The notes below the pieces were generated by a model, which saw only the letters and a program-made list of their open reading frames with translations, did no database searches and was not told the DNA's origin. From Vulcanimicrobiota bacterium (GTDB lineage Bacteria > Vulcanimicrobiota > Vulcanimicrobiia > Vulcanimicrobiales > Vulcanimicrobiaceae), in NCBI GenBank assembly GCA_963777315.1, contig CAVZQC010000002.1, positions 544,001 through 608,000 on the forward strand: 64,000 bases of DNA, read 5' to 3'. Numbering within the stretch: the first letter of the stretch is position 1; each line of letters begins with the position of its first letter. The position numbers and the translations under genes are program-made. Below are positions 29,673 to 37,853 of the stretch, piece by piece.

Positions 29673-31477
29673 CGCTGCTGCAGGCGTAGGCCGAACTCGA
29701 TGCTGCGCCGCCCGAGCCGGCGCTCCGTAGCGGCAAACCAGCGCACGCCGTCATCCAGCGGCGCGCTTATCGATGCGTCCACGTGCGGATCGGGCCGGTA
29801 ATCGATGAGATCGTTGCGCCAAATTGCGTCGGCGCGCAAGCCTCGCGGACTTTCGTACGTCACCCATACGCTGGCCGGCGTAGCGGGAACGGGCGCAGCG
29901 CCGAAACGCTGCAGATCGGCGTACGGGCGCGTGGTATCGTCGAAATGCATCGTCCACGCTCGCAGCGACACGCTGGGTGCGATTTGCCAAGCCAGTGACG
30001 CTCCGACGGCAGCGACGTCGCCTTCGTCCAAATCCGAAACGTGCGCCTTCAGCCCCGTAACGGATGCGCGAAGCCTGTGCCGATCGGTGAATTCCAAAGT
30101 CGCACTGCGCTGCGAATAGCGGTCGTACGCCAGTGCGTACTCGTCCGCCTCAGACGCGTACGCTTCCAGCAGCGAGGGCAAGCGAAACGATTCGCTGACG
30201 CCGGCGGACAGATTCCACTGCGGCGAAACGCCGTACGAAACCCAGGCCGAAGGCGTCGCCATGCGCGCGCTCAGCGGCGTGGAAACCCCAAGCGTTCCTC
30301 CCGAGTACGCGGCCTCAAACGCGCCGATGCCGGCGCTCCACGCGAACCGATCGCCGTGGTACTGCGCGCCGGCATCCACATGCGTTTCCAATGCGGTGCC
30401 TGCGATGCGAGGCTGCGTACCGGTCGTATCGTAATACCCCGACGAAAACCGGGCGCTCAGATCGGCGAAAGCCGATATCGGGCCATTCGAACTCACGCCC
30501 GTCGTCAGCGTCGTATCGCTCCAGCCGCCGGAAGCGCCGAACGCATGCAATGCCGCCCCATACGCGGACCGGTCCGCAGTGAGATCGGCGTATGCATGCG
30601 TCGCGCTCGCGCGATCCCAGTGAACCCGCAACGCGCTCGTGCTGCCCGCAAAGGTCTGGTCTGCAAAGGACAGATCGCGATCGCGCGCCGCGATTGCCGT
30701 TGCGCTGAACGTATCCGCTCCGTCGACGGTATCTGCGGCCACAACGGCGCGCGCGCGCGAATCCAAATCGCCGGCCGAATCGGCAAGCGAGTACGACGCG
30801 CGCGATCCGGCGCGGCCGAAAACAACGGTCTGCTGCGTTCCGGCAAGTGCAGCACCCGCGCCACCCGCCTGCGGCGTGGTTTGCACGAAGAATGTGCCGG
30901 CGCCGGCGAGATCGCCATATCGAAACGCCTGCGAAGGATCGCCCGGCTGCGCACTCCACGCGCCGAATTCCGGCAACTGCCGCAGCGGCGTTATGCCGGC
31001 TGCGAAATCGTACGGCGGAATGCCGTCGGCCGCCGGCAGGCCGCCCAATCCTAAGAGGCCGTAGAGCGCGAGGCGCGGTCCGGGAAGCACGTTCGAACTG
31101 TCGTCGAGCACGACGAAGGGCGTCAGCGCCAGCACGGATTCGACGTGCGCGTAGGGTAAAGCGGCGAGATCGCGCGGCGACGGAGCCTGCGAAACCAGCG
31201 CGTGATAGCGTTCGACTATGGCAGCGACGGTACCGTCGGCTGCAACGGCCGCTTGGGTGGGCCGGCAGTACGCGCAGGTGATGCGAACCTGACGCGCTTG
31301 CGCCGGCAAAGCAAAGGTGCCGTCCGGGCCGGTGGTCGTCCGTGCGGCGCCGGCGCGTACCGTCGCTGCTGCTATCGGTTCCCCGAACTGGTCGCGAACG
31401 GCTCCGGCGACGAGCGGCGCTGGCGCGGCGCCGCCGAGCGCGGCGGCCAACCACAAGAGCGCGAGCCGGTTTTTCAC
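29669..31477 (-). CDS. TonB-dependent receptor-like outer membrane protein with N-terminal carboxypeptidase-regulatory-like domain
   Basis: Signal peptide; GAVRDQFGEPIAAATV...TGPDGTF; plug-like DGIPPYD and FRYGDLAGAGTF; SESFRLPSL; C-terminal GRRSIEFGLRL. Confidence 0.65.
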   Translation of the reverse strand: MKNRLALLWLAAALGGAAPAPLVAGAVRDQFGEPIAAATVRAGAARTTTGPDGTFALPAQARQVRITCAYCRPTQAAVAADGTVAAIVERYHALVSQAPSPRDLAALPYAHVESVLALTPFVVLDDSSNVLPGPRLALYGLLGLGGLPAADGIPPYDFAAGITPLRQLPEFGAWSAQPGDPSQAFRYGDLAGAGTFFVQTTPQAGGAGAALAGTQQTVVFGRAGSRASYSLADSAGDLDSRARAVVAADTVDGADTFSATAIAARDRDLSFADQTFAGSTSALRVHWDRASATHAYADLTADRSAYGAALHAFGASGGWSDTTLTTGVSSNGPISAFADLSARFSSGYYDTTGTQPRIAGTALETHVDAGAQYHGDRFAWSAGIGAFEAAYSGGTLGVSTPLSARMATPSAWVSYGVSPQWNLSAGVSESFRLPSLLEAYASEADEYALAYDRYSQRSATLEFTDRHRLRASVTGLKAHVSDLDEGDVAAVGASLAWQIAPSVSLRAWTMHFDDTTRPYADLQRFGAAPVPATPASVWVTYESPRGLRADAIWRNDLIDYRPDPHVDASISAPLDDGVRWFAATERRLGRRSIEFGLRLQQR

Positions 31478-31503
31478 GGATTCTTCACAGATTCGGCTAT
31501 ACT
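31473..31503 (+). promoter_or_regulatory. 11-bp tandem direct repeat plus -10 box (OmpR-family site, leaderless promoter)
   Basis: TTCACGGATTC/TTCACAGATTC at 31473-31494; TATACT at 31498-31503, 7 nt before ATG 31511. Confidence 0.6.
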
Positions 31504-31510
31504 GGAAGTA

Positions 31511-31768
31511 ATGTCAAGGCGCCCCGTCCGTTCGTGGTTTTACGCGGTGCTGGCCGGGGCGCTCGTGCTCGCCGGCGCAGCGGGTTTCGCGGGGGCGGCT
31601 TCCGTGGAGTCGATGCTCGAGGGCTCGCTCCAGGCCTCGGGCGCTCCCTCGCTGCTGGGCCCAATTACCGAAGCCGGCCGCACGGGATGGGCGTGCAAAC
31701 CCGAGCAGGCCGCCGCTGCGGCCTCGGCTCGCGCAGCCGAATTGCCTTCTGCCGACGATACGCACTGA
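31511..31768 (+). CDS. Small secreted or membrane-anchored hypothetical protein
   Basis: MSRRPVRSWFYAVLAGALVLAGAAGFAGAA signal-like N-terminus; stop abuts the TPR gene ATG. Confidence 0.6.
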   Translation: MSRRPVRSWFYAVLAGALVLAGAAGFAGAASVESMLEGSLQASGAPSLLGPITEAGRTGWACKPEQAAAAASARAAELPSADDTH

Positions 31769-32587
31769 ATGCGGGCAGACGTACCGGCGCTCGCACTGTG
31801 TTTGCTCGCGGCGGGGAATGCAGCAGCCCCCGCACAGGATTATCCGACGGCCGTCCCGGCGCCGCAAACGACGTCGATCCCACAATTGCACGCCATCGCG
31901 CGTTCGCGCGAAGTGCACGAACGGTTTGCGCTGGGATTAGCGGCCGAGCAGCGCGGCGATTGGGCGCAAGGCGCGTCGGAATTCGAACGCATCGTGCAGC
32001 TTCATCCGGCTGAACCGCAGTATTCGACGGCGCATTACGATCTCGCAATCGCCTATGCCAACCTCAAACGGCTCGACGACTCCGCGCGCGAATTCGGAGC
32101 TGCAATCCAAGGCGATCCGGGCTTTTTGGCAGCGATGGCCAACCTGATTGCCGTCGATATTGCGCGCGGCAAGCTGGGGCAAGCGCGCCGCACGGCGGAT
32201 CTTTTCGTCGCCGCCGCGCCCGACTCCGCACGCGCGCTCTATTCGCGCGGCCTGGTGGCACTGCGCACCGGTGATTTTGCGGTCGCGCAGCGCGATTTCT
32301 CGCAGCTGCTGCGCAACGATCCGCAATACGCGCTCGCGCACTACAACTTGGGCATCGCGCAGACCAAACTCGGGGATTACGGCTCGGCGCAGCGCGAGCT
32401 GAGCATCGCACTGGATTTGGCGCCCGGATACGCTCGCGCGCGCTTTGCGCTGGGGACGGTGCTGCTGCGCGAAGGAAAACGCGCGCAGGCTCGCCAGGCA
32501 TTCGATCGCGTCGTTCGCGATGCGAACGGGGATCCGGCACTTGCGAATCTCGCGCTTGCCATGCGCGACGCAATTCACGCGCCCTAA
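31769..32587 (+). CDS. Secreted tetratricopeptide repeat protein
   Basis: Signal-like N-terminus; AHYDLAIAY, ALYSRGLV, AHYNLGIA, ARFALGTV repeats. Confidence 0.85.
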   Translation: MRADVPALALCLLAAGNAAAPAQDYPTAVPAPQTTSIPQLHAIARSREVHERFALGLAAEQRGDWAQGASEFERIVQLHPAEPQYSTAHYDLAIAYANLKRLDDSAREFGAAIQGDPGFLAAMANLIAVDIARGKLGQARRTADLFVAAAPDSARALYSRGLVALRTGDFAVAQRDFSQLLRNDPQYALAHYNLGIAQTKLGDYGSAQRELSIALDLAPGYARARFALGTVLLREGKRAQARQAFDRVVRDANGDPALANLALAMRDAIHAP

Positions 32588-32588
32588 C

Positions 32589-32621
32589 TTTCAGTCTTTT
32601 TTCACGACTGTTCCATACGCT
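32589..32621 (+). promoter_or_regulatory. 11-bp-period direct repeat plus -10 box upstream of the cupredoxin-SCO-cytochrome operon
   Basis: TTTCA at 32589 and 32600; TACGCT at 32616-32621; strong AGGAGG RBS before GTG 32650. Confidence 0.5.
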
Positions 32622-32649
32622 CTCCTCAACATACGTTAGGAGGGACATC

Positions 32650-33246
32650 GTGAACATACAGTACGCAGCTCTGCTTTTTGCCGGCATCGCATCGCTGAGC
32701 GCCTGCGGCGCAGGCGGAGGCGGCGGCGTGAATCCGCCGCCGAATTCCAACCCGGGCGGCAACGTACCGCCGCCTACGGTGGGTGCGCAGACGATCGGTA
32801 TCGCGCTGCCCGACGGAAACATCGGAAGCGTCGACACTGCGCCCTACGGCCGCGTGGGCGGATACACGCAATCGGTCTACTCGCAGGTGCTGGCCTTCGC
32901 TCCGGGCACGACGATCACGCTCAAAAATCTGTCGTCCACCACGCCGCACACGCTCAACGTGCTCGGTACGAGCGGATTCCCCACCAATCCCACGCTTTCA
33001 ACCGCCGCTTCCGGCGGCACGGCGCTCGCGGCCGGATTTCAAAGCGGCTCGATCGCACCGGGGGCAACGATGAGCGTCACGCTGTCGACGCCGGGCACCT
33101 ATTACATCGGGTGCGCGTATCATTTCAACGACGCGCTCAGCATGCGCGACGTGCTGCTCGTGAGTTCGAGCGCGACGCCGGGACCGCAAGCAACGCCCCA
33201 GCCTTCAGGCGGCGGCAGCGGCGGTTGCGTGGGGCCGTACTGCTAA
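32650..33246 (+). CDS. Lipoprotein with cupredoxin (type-1 copper) domain
   Basis: Lipobox LSAC; PHTLNV and PGTYYIGCAYHFNDALSM (H...C-x2-H-x6-M). Confidence 0.85.
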   Translation: MNIQYAALLFAGIASLSACGAGGGGGVNPPPNSNPGGNVPPPTVGAQTIGIALPDGNIGSVDTAPYGRVGGYTQSVYSQVLAFAPGTTITLKNLSSTTPHTLNVLGTSGFPTNPTLSTAASGGTALAAGFQSGSIAPGATMSVTLSTPGTYYIGCAYHFNDALSMRDVLLVSSSATPGPQATPQPSGGGSGGCVGPYC

Positions 33247-33803
33247 TGGGTTACTGCAAAGCGAGTGCGGCGATGCTGCTGGCGGCTGTTTTCGCACTCG
33301 CTCCTGCGGCTTGCTCAGCCGCTCCGGTTCACTTGGTCGATCAAACGGGGCACACTTTCACGTTTGCATCCCTGCGCGGCGAGCCGCTGATCGTTACGTT
33401 CGTTGCCGCCCACTGCACGGATGCATGCCCGCTGATCGACGCGCAGTTTTCGCAGGCCCAGCGGCTGTTCGCGCGGGCGCACCTTGCGGTGCGGCTGCTC
33501 ACGATCACGCTGGATCCCGAACACGATCCGCCCGCAGTCATGCGCGAACTCGCTCGCAGGTTCGGCGCGGACGCGCACCGCTGGCTGGTTGCGAGCGGAA
33601 GCGTGCGCGACGTCCACAATATCATGACCGCGTTCGGCGTGCGAGCCCAGCGCGGACGCGACGGTTATGCGGACGTCCATACGACGTTCGTGTACGTCTT
33701 CGATAAGCGCGGCGCGCTGCGCACGACGATCTTGGCTTCGACGGTATTGGGAACGCAGCTCGCGCGCGACGTTCGCACGCAGTGGCCGGTACTGGGACGA
33801 TGA
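33246..33803 (+). CDS. SCO family copper chaperone
   Basis: LVDQTG, HCTDACP (CxxxC), ITLDPEHD, DVHTT conserved His; TAATG coupling. Confidence 0.9.
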   Translation: MGYCKASAAMLLAAVFALAPAACSAAPVHLVDQTGHTFTFASLRGEPLIVTFVAAHCTDACPLIDAQFSQAQRLFARAHLAVRLLTITLDPEHDPPAVMRELARRFGADAHRWLVASGSVRDVHNIMTAFGVRAQRGRDGYADVHTTFVYVFDKRGALRTTILASTVLGTQLARDVRTQWPVLGR

Positions 33804-34231
33804 AAGCGCTCGCGCCGCTGCTTCTCATGGTGCTGGCCGCCTGCACGCCGGGCGGAATCGCGCCCCCGGCAGGCGGTCAGGCCGTCGGCGCCGTGACGAC
33901 TATCGACGTCAACCTCACGCTGCACCCCGACGGCTACGCGCCCGACACGGTCAACGTTCCGGTCGGGAGCAGCATTCGTTTTTTCAATAGCGACGGTTTC
34001 GCGCATACGGCTACGCTGATTGCCGGCGCGACGACGTTCCCGAACGGCTCGCCGTTCGACGCGTCGGCGCAGACGCGCGCCGGCAGCGCGATTGCCGCGC
34101 CTTGGAGTTCGGGAACGCTGCCGTCCCAAAGCGCGTCGCAGATCATCGTCGCCGATACGCCGGGCACGTATTTCTTCGGATGCTTTTTCCACTACGGGGC
34201 ACCCATGAGGGGGAAGATCGTTGTTCGCTAA
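33800..34231 (+). CDS. Lipoprotein with plastocyanin-like cupredoxin domain
   Basis: Lipobox LAAC; NSDGFAHTAT and PGTYFFGCFFHYGAPMRG (H...C-x2-H-x4-M). Confidence 0.87.
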   Translation: MKALAPLLLMVLAACTPGGIAPPAGGQAVGAVTTIDVNLTLHPDGYAPDTVNVPVGSSIRFFNSDGFAHTATLIAGATTFPNGSPFDASAQTRAGSAIAAPWSSGTLPSQSASQIIVADTPGTYFFGCFFHYGAPMRGKIVVR

Positions 34232-34235
34232 ATGC

Positions 34236-35354
34236 ATGCGCGCCGTCGCGCCCGTTCTCATGAGCGCGTTCGCGTTATCGCAAACCTGCGGCAGTGCGCA
34301 GGCGATACCGCTTTTTGCCCAGCGCTATCATCTGCAGTGCGGAGCCTGTCACAGCGTGCTTCCCGAACTCAACTCGTTCGGCCAATACTTTCGCCGGCAC
34401 GGTTACCGCCTGGCGCTTGCCAAACACGGCACCACCGGCGTGGCGCTGCGGTACCAAATGGAGTACGAACGCGATCCCGCGCCCGGAAGCCGGCGTTTTT
34501 CACCCGGCGGGGTGCTGCTTTCGAATGCGGACATCGGCGCGGTAACCGCGTTCGTGCATTACAATCTGGGAGCGGGCGGAGGGCCGTCCGGGCTGTTCTT
34601 GGGATACCTGAACACGTACGACGCGCACACGCAATCGTCGTATCGTGCCGGATTATTCGAGCTGCCGCTCGCGCAATCACCCGGACAGCGTCTGGACGAT
34701 CTCGCGCCGTACGGATATTACGGCACGCACGTCGGCTTGAACGATCTGTCGCTGGCTTCGCCGCGCTGGGGCCTGCAAATCGAACGAACCGTCGGGTCGG
34801 CCCGCTTGGATTTGACCGTTTCGACCGGCGAGTTCAAAGGCGCAGCATACGGCGGAAAGCCGATCGACACCGGGGAAACGACCTCGGCCGATAGTCCGGA
34901 AACGGGGCTGTTCGCCGCCGTGCCGCTTGCCGACGGTACGGAGCTCGGCGGTGAAGCCATCGTGGGTTCGCGGCGCATCGTTCCGACGGGCAGGTCGGCA
35001 TTCGCCGACGCGTACCGGCGCACCGGACTGTTCGCGCACGCGACTATGCGCAAGCTGGACGTTCAAGCCGAACAATGGTGGGGCTTCGACGCGAATGCCG
35101 ACGGTTTCGGTTCGGGTATCGCCAGCAGCGGCGGCTATCTGCGCTTGAAGTACTATCCCAGCGCGCATTTCTATCTCGGCGTGCGGTACGATGCTGCGGC
35201 CAACCCCTTTTTGCAGCGCGACTTCGTGTACTACTTCGCATTTCACGTCACGCCCCACGCACGATTGCTTTTCCAAGAGGTGCAGACGGTGGGCGGCCGC
35301 GCAAGTCTGGGCGGAGCCCTAACGGTGGGAGCGCCCTGGCCGCCGAACGTGTAG
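34236..35354 (+). CDS. Cyc2-like monoheme c-type cytochrome fused to a putative beta-barrel porin
   Basis: Signal peptide ending AQA, then IPLFAQRYHLQCGACHSVLPELNSFGQYFRRHGY; remainder Gly/aromatic-rich amphipathic strands. Confidence 0.7.
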   Translation: MRAVAPVLMSAFALSQTCGSAQAIPLFAQRYHLQCGACHSVLPELNSFGQYFRRHGYRLALAKHGTTGVALRYQMEYERDPAPGSRRFSPGGVLLSNADIGAVTAFVHYNLGAGGGPSGLFLGYLNTYDAHTQSSYRAGLFELPLAQSPGQRLDDLAPYGYYGTHVGLNDLSLASPRWGLQIERTVGSARLDLTVSTGEFKGAAYGGKPIDTGETTSADSPETGLFAAVPLADGTELGGEAIVGSRRIVPTGRSAFADAYRRTGLFAHATMRKLDVQAEQWWGFDANADGFGSGIASSGGYLRLKYYPSAHFYLGVRYDAAANPFLQRDFVYYFAFHVTPHARLLFQEVQTVGGRASLGGALTVGAPWPPNV

Positions 35355-35373
35355 ACCGGCAAGGGAGACGCTC

Positions 35374-36042
35374 ATGCGCATACTGATCGTCGAGGACAAC
35401 GTCAGCGTTGCCGCTGCGGTGCGGACGATGCTCGAACGCCGCAAGTATGCCGTGGACGTGGCCGGCGACGGCGACGAGGCGCTGGCGCAGCTGGTGCAGC
35501 GAACGTATGACGCGGCGATCGTCGACGTCATGCTTCCCGGACGCGACGGATTCGAGGTCGCGTTTGCCGCGCGTTCGCAGGGCGTGCAGACGCCGCTGCT
35601 CATGCTCACCGCTCGGGACGCCGTCGAGGATCGCGTGCGCGGCCTGGACTGCGGTGCCGACGACTACTTGGTCAAGCCGTTCGTCGAAGAAGAGCTGGCG
35701 GCGCGGTTGCGCGCCCTCGTGCGCCGCGCGGATCGGCCGGTTCAAGACGTTCTGGAAGCCGGCACGATCGCCATCGACGCCAGCGCGCGCCAGGCCACTT
35801 GCATGGGCAAACCGCTGCGATTGGGCGCGACCGAGTTTCGCATGCTGGAATTCTTCGTGCGCAATGCCGGCATCGCGCTCAGCCGCGATCTGCTGCTGGA
35901 ACGACTGTGGGAGTACGATTTCGAGGGTTCCAGCAATATCGTCGACGTGTACGTCAGTCAGCTGCGCCGCAAGCTCAAACGCGCGGGCGGCGGCAATCCC
36001 ATCGCCACGGTATGGGGTATGGGATACAAATTCGTTTCGTGA
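35374..36042 (+). CDS. OmpR/PhoB-family response regulator (CusR/MprA-like)
   Basis: ILIVEDN, DVMLPG, LTARD, GADDYLVKPF, NIVDVYVSQLRRK, TVWGMGY. Confidence 0.95.
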   Translation: MRILIVEDNVSVAAAVRTMLERRKYAVDVAGDGDEALAQLVQRTYDAAIVDVMLPGRDGFEVAFAARSQGVQTPLLMLTARDAVEDRVRGLDCGADDYLVKPFVEEELAARLRALVRRADRPVQDVLEAGTIAIDASARQATCMGKPLRLGATEFRMLEFFVRNAGIALSRDLLLERLWEYDFEGSSNIVDVYVSQLRRKLKRAGGGNPIATVWGMGYKFVS

Positions 36043-36950
36043 CCGTCCGCCTCGCGCTGCGGTATTTGGCGATTTTCGCGCTCGTGCTTGCCGCGTTGAG
36101 TGCGGGCGCGTACGAATTTTTGGGACGCGAATACGCGACCTTGCTGCAGCCCGCGCTGGGCACGCCGGAAGGAATGCGCGCGTACGGAACGGCGATGCGC
36201 CGCATCGCACTGACGATCGTCGCATTCGACCTTCCCCTGCTCGCGCTGTTCGGCGCAGCGTCATGGCTGCTCGCGCGCGCTTCGCTGCTGCCGCTGCTGC
36301 AGGCGCGCGAACGCGAACGCGCGTTTGCCGTGGACGCCGCTCATGCGTTGCGCTCTCCGCTGGCGACGATTGCTTCGGTCGCGCAGGCTTCGCGCGACGG
36401 TCAGCCCGCGGCGATCTCGGGCGCATTCGATACGATTGCGCGCGCGGCGCTGGACGCATCGGCGGTCGTAGGAGATCTGCTCACGCTCGCGCGCAGTGCG
36501 CGGCCGGAACGCCTGCTTCGCGAGCCGCTCGACTTGAGCGCCGTCGTCGCCGACACGTCCAAAGAGTTCGTTCCGCTGGCGCGCGAGCTGCGCATCGAGA
36601 TCGAGCGCGATCTGACCGGCGCGGTCGTCGATGCGGACGAACGGCGGCTGCGCGAACTCACGCGCAATTTGCTCGACAACGCTCTGCGCCACGCGCGCGG
36701 ACGCGTCGCCGTCACTGCGCGTCCGGCGGGGCGGTGGGTGGAACTGATCGTCGGCAACGACGGCGAAGCGATCGCTCCGGAAAATCGCGAACGGATCTTT
36801 CAACGCTTTTTCAGCGCGAACGGGCAGGGCGGAAGCGGTTTGGGGCTTGCCATCGTGCGATGGATCGCGCAGGCGCACGGCGGATCGGCGTTCGTGCGCG
36901 ACGGCCCGGCAGGCGGTCCCGAGTTCGTCGTTCGTTTCCCGCCGGCATGA
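36039..36950 (+). CDS. Sensor histidine kinase (two TMs, short loop)
   Basis: GTGA overlap; DAAHALRSPL H-box, NLLDNALRH, IFQRFF, GSGLGLAI. Confidence 0.9.
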   Translation: MTVRLALRYLAIFALVLAALSAGAYEFLGREYATLLQPALGTPEGMRAYGTAMRRIALTIVAFDLPLLALFGAASWLLARASLLPLLQARERERAFAVDAAHALRSPLATIASVAQASRDGQPAAISGAFDTIARAALDASAVVGDLLTLARSARPERLLREPLDLSAVVADTSKEFVPLARELRIEIERDLTGAVVDADERRLRELTRNLLDNALRHARGRVAVTARPAGRWVELIVGNDGEAIAPENRERIFQRFFSANGQGGSGLGLAIVRWIAQAHGGSAFVRDGPAGGPEFVVRFPPA

Positions 36951-36996
36951 CGGCGCCAGGGCTCCGGCGCGAGATTCGGGTAAGTAGCTTGCCGGT

Positions 36997-37853
36997 ATGC
37001 AAGCTCTCACGTCCAAGCGCCTGACCGAGCTGCAGGTGCAGGCCAACGCGTGCCGCCAAGGCATCATTCGGTCGCTGCTCGCCGCGGGCTCGGGACACTC
37101 GGCCGGTTCGCTCGACATGGCCGATATTTTTACCGCTCTGTACCAGCATATTTTGCGGCACGATCCCGGCAATCCGCAGTGGCCAGATCGCGATCGCCTG
37201 CTGCTCTCGTGCGGCCACATCGCGCCGGTGCGCTACAGCGCGATGGCGTATGCGGGATACTTTCCCGTAGAGGAACTCCTCACGCTGCGCAAGTTCGGCA
37301 CGCGGCTGCAAGGTCACCCCGAGCGGGTGCGCATGCCCGCGCTCGAAACGACGTCCGGTCCGCTGGGCGAGGGCCTCGCGCAAGGCGTGGGCATGGCGCT
37401 GGGCGCGAAGATGGACGAAAAAGCTGGCGCGTGTACGTCGTTACGTCCGATGCCGAACATCAATGCGGTTTGCACTGGGAGGCCGTACTCACCGGCGCTA
37501 AGTTCAATCTCGACAATCTGATCAACATCGTCGACCGCAACTTCATTCAGATCGACGGCGGCACCGAGGAGATCATGCCGCTCCAACCGCTGGCGGACAA
37601 ATACCGCGCGTTCAACTGGAACGTGCTAGAGTGCGACGGCAACGATATCGAAGAATTCGTTTCGACCGTTGAAAAGGCGCAAGGCTGCCGCGGCAAGCCC
37701 AGCGTCATCATCGCTCATACGGTGCCCGGCAAAGGCGTAGCGTACATGGAAGGCGATTACACCTGGCACGGCAAGCCTCCGAACGCCGATCAGGCCGACA
37801 AAGCGCTGCGCGAACTGCAGGAGCAGCGCGAAAGGCTCGTCGCGCATGGCTAA
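36997..37853 (+). pseudogene. Transketolase N-terminal (TPP-binding) subunit, one base missing in the A-run at 37418-37422, probably an assembly error
   Basis: GSGHSAGS, DRLLLSCGH, LQGHP, GPLGEG in frame 1; SWRVYVVTSDAE...DRNFIQIDG...PGKGV...WHG in the shifted frame. Confidence 0.88.

Noticed and set aside
32592..32610. CAGTC/GACTG hairpin as an intrinsic terminator
   Set aside because: Weak 5-bp stem with the T-run in the loop rather than after the stem; better explained as part of the direct-repeat promoter.
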